IMG/VR virus record: IMGVR_UViG_3300009602_000016
Span: 1 to 52,836 of that record
Source of the DNA: a virus
Taxonomy: Duplodnaviria > Caudoviricetes
Reading direction: 5' to 3' (one strand)
Length of the DNA: 52,836 nt
Shown here: positions 34,348 to 43,767 of the stretch, in pieces
Layout: each line of letters begins with the position of its first letter
Numbering within the stretch: the stretch's first letter is position 1
Translations under genes and position numbers: made by a program
The notes under the pieces: generated by a model
Databases searched by the model: none
Seen by the model: only the letters and a program-made list of their open reading frames with translations
What the model was told of the DNA's origin: nothing

Positions 34348-34667
34348 TAGGTCTTCTCCCTTTTCATCGACGCCATGTCCTTGTTCAGCTCATCAATGCG
34401 GTCATGGATACGGCTGATCGAGTTATCTGTCTTCTCGTACTGGACATCGGCTCGTCTGATCCTATCCTTCAATTTCTCCTCGATGCCCTCAAGCTTCTGC
34501 TTAGTGAGGGCGATACATTTATCCATGTCCGTAAGCGTGTTGCCATTCAGAACTTTCGTGATCCGCCCTAGCTTGTAGCGGGCTTCTCCAATGGCTAACA
34601 CCACGCCGATGATTGCGAAGAGCATTGCCCACACGAGACCAGGGCTAATTAAAGACGCTTCCACCAC
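34347..34667 (-). CDS. Single-TM coiled-coil lysis-module protein
   Basis: N-terminal TM then coiled coil; TAATG coupled to endolysin. Confidence 0.55.
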   Translation of the reverse strand: MVEASLISPGLVWAMLFAIIGVVLAIGEARYKLGRITKVLNGNTLTDMDKCIALTKQKLEGIEEKLKDRIRRADVQYEKTDNSISRIHDRIDELNKDMASMKREKT

Positions 34668-34977
34668 GAGGCCCTCCCTCTTTCAGTTTTGGTTGGTCAG
34701 CAGATTTCCAGTCTTCACCTGCCGTGAGTAAACACATCATGCCATTCAGATAGACCACTGCAATGGTCCAGGAACTTCCGTCCGGCTTTCTGAAGAGCCC
34801 AACATAACTGCCGCCATGATTTGTCGGCCCACCTTCGTACAGCGTTTCGTTGTGCTTGCTTTGAAGGAACGTGATCATCTGCGCCTTCTTCCCGCAGGGA
34901 ATTTGCGGCGGCCTTTCTTGCGCGCTCAAGCTTAGGGGGAAGACGACGGATAGCAGTATGACAAGACATCTGATCAT
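34645..34977 (-). CDS. Secreted hypothetical protein
   Basis: Signal peptide MIRCLVILLSVVFPLSLSA; two Cys; GSSWTI..NGMMCLLTAGEDW. Confidence 0.6.
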   Translation of the reverse strand: MIRCLVILLSVVFPLSLSAQERPPQIPCGKKAQMITFLQSKHNETLYEGGPTNHGGSYVGLFRKPDGSSWTIAVVYLNGMMCLLTAGEDWKSADQPKLKEGGPRGGSVFN

Positions 34978-34979
34978 AA

Positions 34980-35648
34980 CTATTCCGGTGCGTTGTTGGG
35001 CCACCCCGTTGTGTAATCGTACCCCAGGACCCTCGCAGGGTCCGTCAGAGCGGCCAAGGCCGCTTCGTGTGTGGTTTGGGCCACATAACAATCTTCCATG
35101 TGCTGAGCGAGCGTCTCCCACATGGACTTGAAATCGGCCGCGGACAGGGAGACCAGCTGGTTATCCCTCATGCGCCAGACCTGGGAGGTTAGCCCGAGGC
35201 TTTCGATCCGGTGCTGTGCTGCTCCCATCCTTGAGTATGAGACCTCGGCCGTTTGAACGGTGTAGGTCGTCACCCCGCCATCCGGCGACCACTCGATGTC
35301 GCCATGGAGCACGGTGTTGCGCTGGCTGGTGATCCGTTGGGAGATGGCCGGGCGCACCTCCTCAACCGTCTTGGCCACAGTCCCAGGAACCCGAGTGACG
35401 ACAGTGCCAACGAGTTGATCATTGGACGTGCCATCTGGCTTAAGCAGTTTATCATCGAAGGTGCCGTTGGCGAAGTCAGCGATCCCGATGGCCAGGCGTT
35501 GCGCTGCCGTCCACGCATTGCTGAAGACCTGCGGTGAGTGTTTCACGCCAGTGTTGGCCTCCACAAAACCTTTCTTCACAGGAAGCAGCCTCACCACGGG
35601 AAGCCCGAAGGTCTCAGCAACATTGTCCCACGTCAGTTCACAAAACAT
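34980..35648 (-). CDS. Tail fibre-associated protein (DUF4376-like C-terminus)
   Basis: WRMRDNQLVSLSAADF, YDYTTGW; directly downstream of receptor-binding protein. Confidence 0.6.
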   Translation of the reverse strand: MFCELTWDNVAETFGLPVVRLLPVKKGFVEANTGVKHSPQVFSNAWTAAQRLAIGIADFANGTFDDKLLKPDGTSNDQLVGTVVTRVPGTVAKTVEEVRPAISQRITSQRNTVLHGDIEWSPDGGVTTYTVQTAEVSYSRMGAAQHRIESLGLTSQVWRMRDNQLVSLSAADFKSMWETLAQHMEDCYVAQTTHEAALAALTDPARVLGYDYTTGWPNNAPE

Positions 35649-35651
35649 ATC

Positions 35652-38153
35652 TCACCTCGCTTTCGATCTTGGAAAGGGATTTTCACCAATAGCAATAAAT
35701 ACCATGCGCTGGCTCGCATTATTATACTCGCCATCGGTCCCTCTAATTTTGAACCCGTTAGATAGAATGTCCATTATTGTTCTGGAAGCCTCTGCTACAG
35801 TAATATTGAGGATAAACTCTTCACCATGAGGGTTAAATGTATTACGGGCAGTATCATGCACCATCCACCCACTGGTTCCACTTGCCGAATTTTTTAACAT
35901 GACGAAGCGTGGACGAAACCCGCAGTAGATAAATGGTCCGTCTAGATTGCCGTTGCCGAAGTAGTAGCTGCAAAATAAAAAGCCTTCCACATTAGCTAGT
36001 AGCCATGCAATATGACTGTCACCGCTATCATTCACATTAGCACTGGTCCCCAAGGAGAAGACGGATGATGTTGGTGCTGTGTCATTCCAGATTGTGGCGT
36101 CATCTGCTACTGCCGAAGCGGCGCTAAAAAGTAAGTAATCAGTTTCAGGATCAGAAGCCACACCCGAATGATAGGCGTGGATATGCCTATCATCAGGACG
36201 GTTTGCGGCGATTATAACTTGGGGGATGATGCCGAGGCTATGTGCAATAGTTCTGTTCGCGCCATTCCCGGTATAAGCAACGATATCGAACCCGGCCACT
36301 GGGTCTTCTTTGAGCGTATACGCAACAAATGCCTCGCCTGTATCGTTGTAGCCTCCTGCTCCAGTTCCAAGCCGAATGTTATTGGCGACAGTCCCAAACG
36401 CCGTCACGCCATCTGCTTCCGTTACTTCCGACAGGTTGGCAAATGCAGGACTAAGTGCTAAGGTTGCGCCGCGAACTGTATCGACCATCCTACCAGCATC
36501 AGCCTGGTCCCGGTTTTTGATCAAAGCAAGGCAGTTGGTAACATCGAAGCCAACGTCGATGTCGGTGTCGGCAGAAGCGTTACCCGTATAAAGAGTGACA
36601 CTGAAATAATCGCTGCCCTGGGTGATCGCCCAGGCACGATCCGTTGCAAGGGATGCCTCGTTCAGCGCCCGCGCATTAGCTGGCGGAGCCGTATTCCAGG
36701 CATGTTGCCCAAAATTCCAAGAGCCGGTCCAGCTACCAGACGTATTGTTGGCGCGGCTGACGAAATAATATTCCCGTCCACTTACAAGGTCGGCATTGCG
36801 TGCCGATGTATCACCAGCCTCAACTTCGGCATTTGACCCTGCGCCACTATCGGCTCCAGTCTGGTAGGTGCCATCTTTAGTCACCCACAGGACATTGTTC
36901 GCGCAATCAACTATGAAGCCGAGAACATCCCCAGCCGTATGAGTGGCGAGGCTTGTATTGGCATGCCAAGAACCACCTTTAGTCCCGTCATGGTGCCAGC
37001 CAATGTCAAAGCCTGTTCGTATGCCATCCCCAAATAAGCCGGATATTCCACCAACAGGGTTGCCACTGGAATTACTAGCAATAGTCAATTCAGCGTAGTA
37101 AATCGCGCCGCTCGTTGCGTTAGCCAACATGCCCATCGTGGACACCATGTCTCCACGATTTGGGGTGGAAGCTGCGGAAGTAAAATCGAGGTTGCCATTA
37201 GCATAGGTCTGCCCGGCGGAGTATGTGCCGCTGGTATCGGACATTTCCTTCCAGACACTATTAAGAGTGCAGTAGTTGTTCGTTGGTGAATCGGCAACTT
37301 GATCGTTGGCTGCAAGTCCGCTGTCGGTGAAGTGGTTGGCTCTACCCGAAACATCAGTGCCTGCACCGTTGCCGGTGCCGGGAGCAACTTTGAAATCCAG
37401 ATAAAAGCTTTCGTTCGCAAATGTCAGTCCGCTAACGTCTTTTGGAACCCAGATGCCGTCATCATTGGTCTCACCGAAACTGGCAGCAGTAAGCTGGTCA
37501 CCATCAATGAAAACAAACTCTGCGAGATAACCATCATGCTCAATATTTCCAGCGGGACGTGCGCTAATAGCTATTGTGAAGTTTCCGTTAAGCCTTGAAG
37601 CATAGGCGGAATCTGGATAAGTTGCCGTAGAGAACGCCGTGACTTGGGTTCCGTTGACGTAGAGTTTAATTCGATTAGCCGCGGTTCCTTGGTCACTATC
37701 ATATGCATATACAATGTGATACCAAGCGGAAGGATCGCGAAAAAGGCGAGTTGTAACAAGCTTGTGTTTTAAAACTCCTCCGACGTAGTCCCACCACCAC
37801 AAAGCATCGTCTATGAACTCCATCAGGCTGAAGTTAGAGCCATCGGTTAATTGGCTAATAACAGTCTGTGTCGTGGCGAATGCTAAGTTGGACCGCTTCA
37901 CCCAAAATGAAACAGTAAACTCTGTCTGGTCACCTCCCGCATTCGTGCGTGTCATGTGCGCGCTATCAGCCGCGTTAAATCGGCATGAGTTATCGATGGT
38001 GTACGAGTAGTACGCACCGCCAGCAGCGCCCGCTGCCCCTGCCATGGCACCGCCAGCAAGCCAGCTGCACTTCCCTCTTATGGGCAGGTCTTCGAAGTTG
38101 AAATCCAGATCATCCCAATCCAGATCGAATGGGGCATCAACAATCTTTGCCAT
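35652..38153 (-). CDS. Receptor-binding/tail fibre protein with LamG/concanavalin-like and SPRY-like beta domains
   Basis: YTIDNSCRFN, FTVSFWVKR, LFRDPSAWYHIV, DSPTNNYCTLN, YTGNG repeats, GPFIYCGFRP. Confidence 0.8.
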   Translation of the reverse strand: MAKIVDAPFDLDWDDLDFNFEDLPIRGKCSWLAGGAMAGAAGAAGGAYYSYTIDNSCRFNAADSAHMTRTNAGGDQTEFTVSFWVKRSNLAFATTQTVISQLTDGSNFSLMEFIDDALWWWDYVGGVLKHKLVTTRLFRDPSAWYHIVYAYDSDQGTAANRIKLYVNGTQVTAFSTATYPDSAYASRLNGNFTIAISARPAGNIEHDGYLAEFVFIDGDQLTAASFGETNDDGIWVPKDVSGLTFANESFYLDFKVAPGTGNGAGTDVSGRANHFTDSGLAANDQVADSPTNNYCTLNSVWKEMSDTSGTYSAGQTYANGNLDFTSAASTPNRGDMVSTMGMLANATSGAIYYAELTIASNSSGNPVGGISGLFGDGIRTGFDIGWHHDGTKGGSWHANTSLATHTAGDVLGFIVDCANNVLWVTKDGTYQTGADSGAGSNAEVEAGDTSARNADLVSGREYYFVSRANNTSGSWTGSWNFGQHAWNTAPPANARALNEASLATDRAWAITQGSDYFSVTLYTGNASADTDIDVGFDVTNCLALIKNRDQADAGRMVDTVRGATLALSPAFANLSEVTEADGVTAFGTVANNIRLGTGAGGYNDTGEAFVAYTLKEDPVAGFDIVAYTGNGANRTIAHSLGIIPQVIIAANRPDDRHIHAYHSGVASDPETDYLLFSAASAVADDATIWNDTAPTSSVFSLGTSANVNDSGDSHIAWLLANVEGFLFCSYYFGNGNLDGPFIYCGFRPRFVMLKNSASGTSGWMVHDTARNTFNPHGEEFILNITVAEASRTIMDILSNGFKIRGTDGEYNNASQRMVFIAIGENPFPRSKAR

Positions 38154-38163
38154 AGCGCAATCC

Positions 38164-38742
38164 TTACTTCACATCGAGGCTTAACACCAACTGAACGACA
38201 TTCGCTGCGCTCACATAATAGTCCAGCCGATCCTTCGCCGAGGCTGTCGTGGTAAGCACACCAGCAGTTCCTCCAGCCCACTTGTAGTCGCCGTGGTAGG
38301 CGAGGGTACGACTTCCCGTTCCATCCTGGGTGACGGTAATCGATCCGTGCTGACCTACGACTTGATTCGAGGGCTGACCAAGGGTTCGGTTGCCAGCGAT
38401 GGTTAGGGAGAAGTTGTTGCTGTTCTCAAAGTCAACTGCGACCGTCGCCCCATCCGACAGGACAGTGATCGCGCCGGTCTGTGACTTGGTCCAGTTGCCC
38501 ACCTTCCCAAGCTGTCCAATGATGAGCCCAATATCGTAAATCGTGACCCAGGCCGAATTCGCTGCGTTGCGCTGCTTGAGGACATCAGTGCCGGACGTAT
38601 CAACCCACAGCTGGAAAGCGAATGTGGTGGCTGGCGCCGAAGCTCCGTTGTGCAACCCTACCAGCGCAACAAGGGCTGAATTGATGTCAGCACGGACGGT
38701 GGCGCCGTCCGCATTCGCAATATCCATATCATGGTCTGACAT
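38164..38742 (-). CDS. Tail fibre proximal/adaptor protein
   Basis: HDMDIANADGATVRADINSAL, ITVTQDGTGSRTL. Confidence 0.7.
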   Translation of the reverse strand: MSDHDMDIANADGATVRADINSALVALVGLHNGASAPATTFAFQLWVDTSGTDVLKQRNAANSAWVTIYDIGLIIGQLGKVGNWTKSQTGAITVLSDGATVAVDFENSNNFSLTIAGNRTLGQPSNQVVGQHGSITVTQDGTGSRTLAYHGDYKWAGGTAGVLTTTASAKDRLDYYVSAANVVQLVLSLDVK

Positions 38743-38745
38743 AAT

Positions 38746-39147
38746 TTACTCCTTTGGCTGCGGGACTGCGCCCTTATGTTCCTTGTTCCACAAGTCTAGC
38801 TGACCGGAGCGTTCCCAGATTTCGATGAACTGAAGGGTCTCATCTGGCAGCTGAATATCGCTTTGATCGCGGACAGCCTGTAGTCCAAGGATGATTGCTC
38901 GAATAGTCAGGCCAAGAGGATCGGTCTGGAGCTTCCGCATTGGAAGCCAAGCAGATTTCTCGATGCTCCAAACATATTCGCCTGGTTTAAGATCGCAGCC
39001 TTCCGGGACGCCGACATGCTCTCCAAACAGGACGTTCTCAGGGACGTCCTGCTTAATGACATCAAACCCCTGAAGGATCAACTCTTTGTTCACAATTGCA
39101 ACGTGGCCCATTCTTCCCTCCTCATATTCGTGCTGCGACAACTTCAA
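38746..39147 (-). CDS. Hypothetical tail-region protein
   Basis: Between tail tip and fibre genes; true start probably near 39111. Confidence 0.55.
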   Translation of the reverse strand: MKLSQHEYEEGRMGHVAIVNKELILQGFDVIKQDVPENVLFGEHVGVPEGCDLKPGEYVWSIEKSAWLPMRKLQTDPLGLTIRAIILGLQAVRDQSDIQLPDETLQFIEIWERSGQLDLWNKEHKGAVPQPKE

Positions 39148-42106
39148 GCTTCGTGCAATGGACGTTGTATGCGGGATCGGTCGTCAATAATTGTGCTCGC
39201 ATCTCAACGCCCCAGGCACTAACCTCGGTGACTGAAAAGCGGTTCCAATCAGTCCAGACTGGTGCCCCTGTCGGATCGGTCTGGGTGGTCCTGAACTCTG
39301 TTTCAAGATCGGCGAAGCCGGATGTGTTTCCATCGAAGTCATCCCACGTGTCGATGAGGGATGTCCTGCTATCGATCTGATCAAGGACGTTGACAACGGT
39401 GATGGCAACTTCATTTGTGAGCCTTCGCTGGACCACCGATCCGAAATCAAACCTGGCAGCAAACGTATATGTGCCGGATAAGGCCACGCCACCTTCACTA
39501 TCCCAATCAGCAACTAGATCAACATCAGCCCAATCATCCATATTATCTTGACCAACAAGCTTCAGAAGGCCGCCGTCCTCGATCGTAGAAGCATGTGTGC
39601 CTGTGAAGGCCGTGCTCTCTGTAATGGTGTCCGTATTAGTAAAAGCGAGGATGGTCGCCTGAGCCGATGTGATGGACGTCGTCGCTGTACTGAGGATGCC
39701 ACTGCTATCACGCGTACGTAGAAGATAGGTGCCAACTTTCAACGGTACAAAAGCGACAGTTGTATCACCAGGGATCGGATCGGATAATGACGTGGACGTC
39801 TGCCATGTCACTCCACTGACTGGTGTGGCGTGACGGATCAGCACGTCACCTCCAATCAACACATCCAGATCTGGCGATTGGTCCCATTGCAGAATGGCAA
39901 TGCCACCCAACTGAAAAATCGTGACGCCCTGGGGTGCTGTCGGTGGTGAAAGCAGACCAAGGATTTCTTGCGTGATAACGACACCATCACTTCTAACGCC
40001 CAACTGATTAACGGATTGAACTTTGAAATCGTAACGGCCTGGGTTCAGATCATTGATTTCCACCTTGAGGCCTGGTGTCGCTGCCAACGTCAGATATGTA
40101 GTATCTGTCGTCAGTTTAAAGCTGACCTGATATTCGTCAACGAACTTATCCGTTGCTGCTGTCCATGTGACATTCGCCCGGGCTTTTACCCCTGCGCTGT
40201 TCCGCGTATTATACAGCTCCTCAGTAATGGTGATTGCCGAGGGCTCGCCGATTGTCGTGGGGTCCAGGGGGTTGACCCGTGGTGCCGGATCGACAGCTGT
40301 CTCTTCAGCAGTAGCATTGAAGTCAAATACGGTGGAGACCGTTTCTCGTGCGATCAGATTGATGATATAGGCAGGACCCTCCTCGCTTTGAACGGAGGTG
40401 AACACCCACTCAGCAATTTCGAATACCTTAGCAGACCAGTTGCGGCGGGTGTTGTCCAGGGCGAATGTCCCACCGGCCTGCAGCTGGAAAGCCGCCATGG
40501 AGCAAACGAGCTCGATCGTTTGTTCTTGCCGATGACGCTGCAGAGCGATTTTTGCAAGTCGCTGGGCGGTATTTGATCGTGAGGTGAAAGGCAAATCCAG
40601 TTCGGCGAAGACCCGGCTGCCACCGTCATTCGTCTGGAATGTGCTGTCGGTCACGGGTGGATAATCTGTTGCGATGCCCGCGTTCAATGGCGAAACATAA
40701 ATGCCCTTGACGGCATTGAACCGCTCACGGCGGGAATGCCGACCACGACGCCGGATCGATCCCCGCATGTCACTCTCATCCAGTGTCACGGTCGGGGCAA
40801 CATAGACACCAGCGTCGATGGTCCACTTCGGGCCGATAGGATAAATGCGCCCGGCCATCGCGGATTTAAGATCCTCCAGTGCTTCTGCCGGCGACCGCTT
40901 GAAATCGATCACACCGTTCGCTGTATACCGAGGCTCACCATTCTTCGTTAGAGTATGGGTGCCCGTGCCAGCATCGGTAATGTCGATCTGAGTTCCAGTC
41001 AGCGCATTGTCATAAGTCGTCGCCAGTTGATAAGTGACATTCTGAGTAACGGCATCGTCGTCAGTGCTATCGACAGATTGAACTTCTTGGACGACGATCA
41101 CATAGTAATTCGTCGCAAGAGAAAGGCCTGCCGGCAGGGTTCCCGTTGTAGTTCCTTGGACCCGATCCCCGGTTTGAAATACAGCCCGCTCATCAGTCGT
41201 GATGAGGAGGTCACTAGCTGCCGTCGCCGTCACGACGTGGGTAGATAGATCTACCGTCGTTGTTGTCGTAGCAACGAATTCATCGCAGGTGTTCGCGGCA
41301 GACATTGTCGTAGCGTCATCAAGATCGTTGACGGCATCCACACCCCGGCCCCACCGTGTATTCGTAAGATAAAGACGAGCAGCCAAGGCAGGACTTGGTT
41401 GCCAGCGAGTGGTGCCATCCCGCGGGTCAAATAACTTTGCCCCACGCACCCACGCGCTGATATTCGTAGGAATGACATTGGGGAAGATGTCACGGTCCGT
41501 CTCCGTTCGAACATAGATATAAGCGACGTCCGTTCCTTTGAAGTTGCCATCGAGAGCTGTAATGGCGCCGGTTAGATCTGAGTCGGCTGCCTGCCCAGAT
41601 GCCCCCAGATGTTTCTTGATCCTCACAAGGTTCGCATACTTCCCCGAAGTGACATTCCCGCTGCCATCGAGCATGGTGTCATAGACGGCATCGGTCCCTA
41701 AATAAACGGTCTTAATTGCATCAACCTCACCATCAGAAAGCGGGATCACCATATGATGGAACTGATTATCGTCAGTGCTTTCAAGAAACACCAACGGCCC
41801 AGACACACGAGCCTCACCGATGACCACACGGCGCTCAGTGATCGGTTGCCGGATGAGGGTCGAATTATCACGGGACTGAACCTGGAAACTTGGCGAAGTG
41901 AAATTAGGAACCTTTGGCGTGGGGGCGAGTGCCAGCTCGAGCGCTCCCAGGGCCGCTGAACCGACAGCCGACAAAGCAATAGACGTACCAAGCCCGATAC
42001 CACCAGGCACCAGTCCACCAAAAGTGAACCCACCGGCCGGCCCAAAGAAGAACGTCGCTGAAGCAGCGACAGCGGCCTTGAAGATTATGCCAAGTGCCTT
42101 GCCCAT
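39122..42106 (-). CDS. Tail tip/central fibre protein (lambda J-like, fibronectin III domains)
   Basis: RRVVIGEARVSG, VRGAKLFDPR, RFNAVKG, LDLPFT...AQRLAKI, FnIII YDFKVQSVN. Confidence 0.85.
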   Translation of the reverse strand: MGKALGIIFKAAVAASATFFFGPAGGFTFGGLVPGGIGLGTSIALSAVGSAALGALELALAPTPKVPNFTSPSFQVQSRDNSTLIRQPITERRVVIGEARVSGPLVFLESTDDNQFHHMVIPLSDGEVDAIKTVYLGTDAVYDTMLDGSGNVTSGKYANLVRIKKHLGASGQAADSDLTGAITALDGNFKGTDVAYIYVRTETDRDIFPNVIPTNISAWVRGAKLFDPRDGTTRWQPSPALAARLYLTNTRWGRGVDAVNDLDDATTMSAANTCDEFVATTTTTVDLSTHVVTATAASDLLITTDERAVFQTGDRVQGTTTGTLPAGLSLATNYYVIVVQEVQSVDSTDDDAVTQNVTYQLATTYDNALTGTQIDITDAGTGTHTLTKNGEPRYTANGVIDFKRSPAEALEDLKSAMAGRIYPIGPKWTIDAGVYVAPTVTLDESDMRGSIRRRGRHSRRERFNAVKGIYVSPLNAGIATDYPPVTDSTFQTNDGGSRVFAELDLPFTSRSNTAQRLAKIALQRHRQEQTIELVCSMAAFQLQAGGTFALDNTRRNWSAKVFEIAEWVFTSVQSEEGPAYIINLIARETVSTVFDFNATAEETAVDPAPRVNPLDPTTIGEPSAITITEELYNTRNSAGVKARANVTWTAATDKFVDEYQVSFKLTTDTTYLTLAATPGLKVEINDLNPGRYDFKVQSVNQLGVRSDGVVITQEILGLLSPPTAPQGVTIFQLGGIAILQWDQSPDLDVLIGGDVLIRHATPVSGVTWQTSTSLSDPIPGDTTVAFVPLKVGTYLLRTRDSSGILSTATTSITSAQATILAFTNTDTITESTAFTGTHASTIEDGGLLKLVGQDNMDDWADVDLVADWDSEGGVALSGTYTFAARFDFGSVVQRRLTNEVAITVVNVLDQIDSRTSLIDTWDDFDGNTSGFADLETEFRTTQTDPTGAPVWTDWNRFSVTEVSAWGVEMRAQLLTTDPAYNVHCTKLEVVAARI

Positions 42107-42576
42107 TAGGCGTTAATCCTCCAAGCACGGACAAGTGAGGTCAGGGGAAACGCAAGCCAGCCAGGATCATTAGCGACTAGCACGGACTTCCCGTCGAGGT
42201 GGACAATACCCAAGACCCGATCGACGCCGAGTTCTGGGTCCACCTGATCGCCCTGAACCACCCCCACGTCTCCCCGTTGCGCGCGTAAGGGGGTAGGCCA
42301 CTCGGCCCACCCATACTGCCCCGCAATCAACTCAGCTAGGCCCTCCAGGCCGCCGTATTTCTGGAACATCTCCAGCGAACCACGCAAGGACCCCAGGTGT
42401 TCGGCTTCCAGATCAGCCGCCACACTGTCACTGCCCACCATTCGGCGAATACACTCTACCACGGCGAAGCAACAATCCCGTCGGCCATACTCGAAAGGCA
42501 ACGTGGACTGACGCAAGAATTCGGCCTCCAGTAAGTGTGGCCAATCTTCACGGCGGGGAACGGGAGCTGTCATCAA
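42106..42576 (-). CDS. NlpC/P60-like tail tip assembly protein
   Basis: PFEYGRRDCC, AQRGDVG, RAWRI. Confidence 0.7.
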   Translation of the reverse strand: MMTAPVPRREDWPHLLEAEFLRQSTLPFEYGRRDCCFAVVECIRRMVGSDSVAADLEAEHLGSLRGSLEMFQKYGGLEGLAELIAGQYGWAEWPTPLRAQRGDVGVVQGDQVDPELGVDRVLGIVHLDGKSVLVANDPGWLAFPLTSLVRAWRINA

Positions 42577-43148
42577 TCGCCCTCCTTCCCGATGATATTC
42601 TTCTGCTGGAGGTCAACGACGAAGTCGCAGAAAGTGTCGGTGCTGTCGATCAACTTCTGATCCTCGCTGGTGTAGCGAAACAGCACGGGCTTCTCCAAAT
42701 CGATCAGCACGCTTTCGACGCTAAGAGCCACTGTCGTGGTCTCTCCTGTCTCCTCGTCATTCATGGTGTCGGCCTTGCCGCGGTGTAATTCATAGGGGTC
42801 CGCAACGATGGCGCCGGCTGCGGTCATGGCGCCAAAGTACAACTTGACTATTCGCCCCTGGTATTGCTCAACATCAACCAGGGCCAAGATGGCTGCGTCC
42901 AATCCCGACAAGGTGTAATTCAATCCCGTTGCAATGATGTCCGCTGTCTCCTGCACGGGAGAGAATTGAAGGAGCCGACCAGTGCCGACCCAGGTGTTGC
43001 TGTTCCAGGTCAGTGTCCCAAGCCCAGACCAGAGCCGCAATGCCCCCGTGTCGAATAGTGCTTCGATCAAGAAAATCGGACGCTTAACCGTGGCCAGCAA
43101 TTTCGTATTCAATGCAGCTGTGATCGAGCGGGCCATCTTAGGGCTCAC
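42573..43148 (-). CDS. Minor tail (hub, lambda L-like) protein
   Basis: LRLWSGLG, WVGTG, YTLSGL, RYTSEDQK; position. Confidence 0.7.
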   Translation of the reverse strand: MSPKMARSITAALNTKLLATVKRPIFLIEALFDTGALRLWSGLGTLTWNSNTWVGTGRLLQFSPVQETADIIATGLNYTLSGLDAAILALVDVEQYQGRIVKLYFGAMTAAGAIVADPYELHRGKADTMNDEETGETTTVALSVESVLIDLEKPVLFRYTSEDQKLIDSTDTFCDFVVDLQQKNIIGKEGD

Positions 43149-43767
43149 TAATCGCTGTGAAAGCTTGACCTGTCAGGATCGGCGTTGGCGCTAAATCCCA
43201 CGGCATCTTGTTCGAGGCCAATCGGAACAGGCCCACACAACTCGCTGTCGTCACCGTGGCATTATTCGCAGGTGAGTTGTTCAGTGTGATCGCTGGCCAA
43301 AGGGTCAAAGTCGTCTCTCCAGAACCGTTGGTGTTGCTATCAACCAACGACTTATATAGGCGAGCCGTAGACCCAGAACCCAGCTGAATATAATCGCCTT
43401 TCTTCAACCACCCAGTAATATCGTTTGAGCAGCCATCAATGTTGAGGTCCTGGCCGGTCTGACTTGCGCCAGCCACCAAGGGAGTTCCACCCAAGGCACC
43501 ACGCGCCGTCGCGCCTGTAGGATCGCCCATGGTGAATGTCCCTTCCATCCCATTCAGGCTGAGAAGGAAGCTAATGAGCTTGTCCTCGGCGTCTGCCCGA
43601 TTAAAGGGTGGCGGTTGGATCATCACCACCCACACCTGGCCCTGATGGACGAAGACTTCTGGGTCTTGTGTAAATGGCGACCGCGTCGATCCGACAATGG
43701 GTATAGCAGCGAAGCTGACTTCCGCCGAGATATCTGTTGGGAAGGTCAGGGGAAATGAAATGGTCAT
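43138..43767 (-). CDS. Distal tail protein-like
   Basis: SPFT, FLLSLNG..GTF; directly after tape measure. Confidence 0.7.
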   Translation of the reverse strand: MTISFPLTFPTDISAEVSFAAIPIVGSTRSPFTQDPEVFVHQGQVWVVMIQPPPFNRADAEDKLISFLLSLNGMEGTFTMGDPTGATARGALGGTPLVAGASQTGQDLNIDGCSNDITGWLKKGDYIQLGSGSTARLYKSLVDSNTNGSGETTLTLWPAITLNNSPANNATVTTASCVGLFRLASNKMPWDLAPTPILTGQAFTAISEP

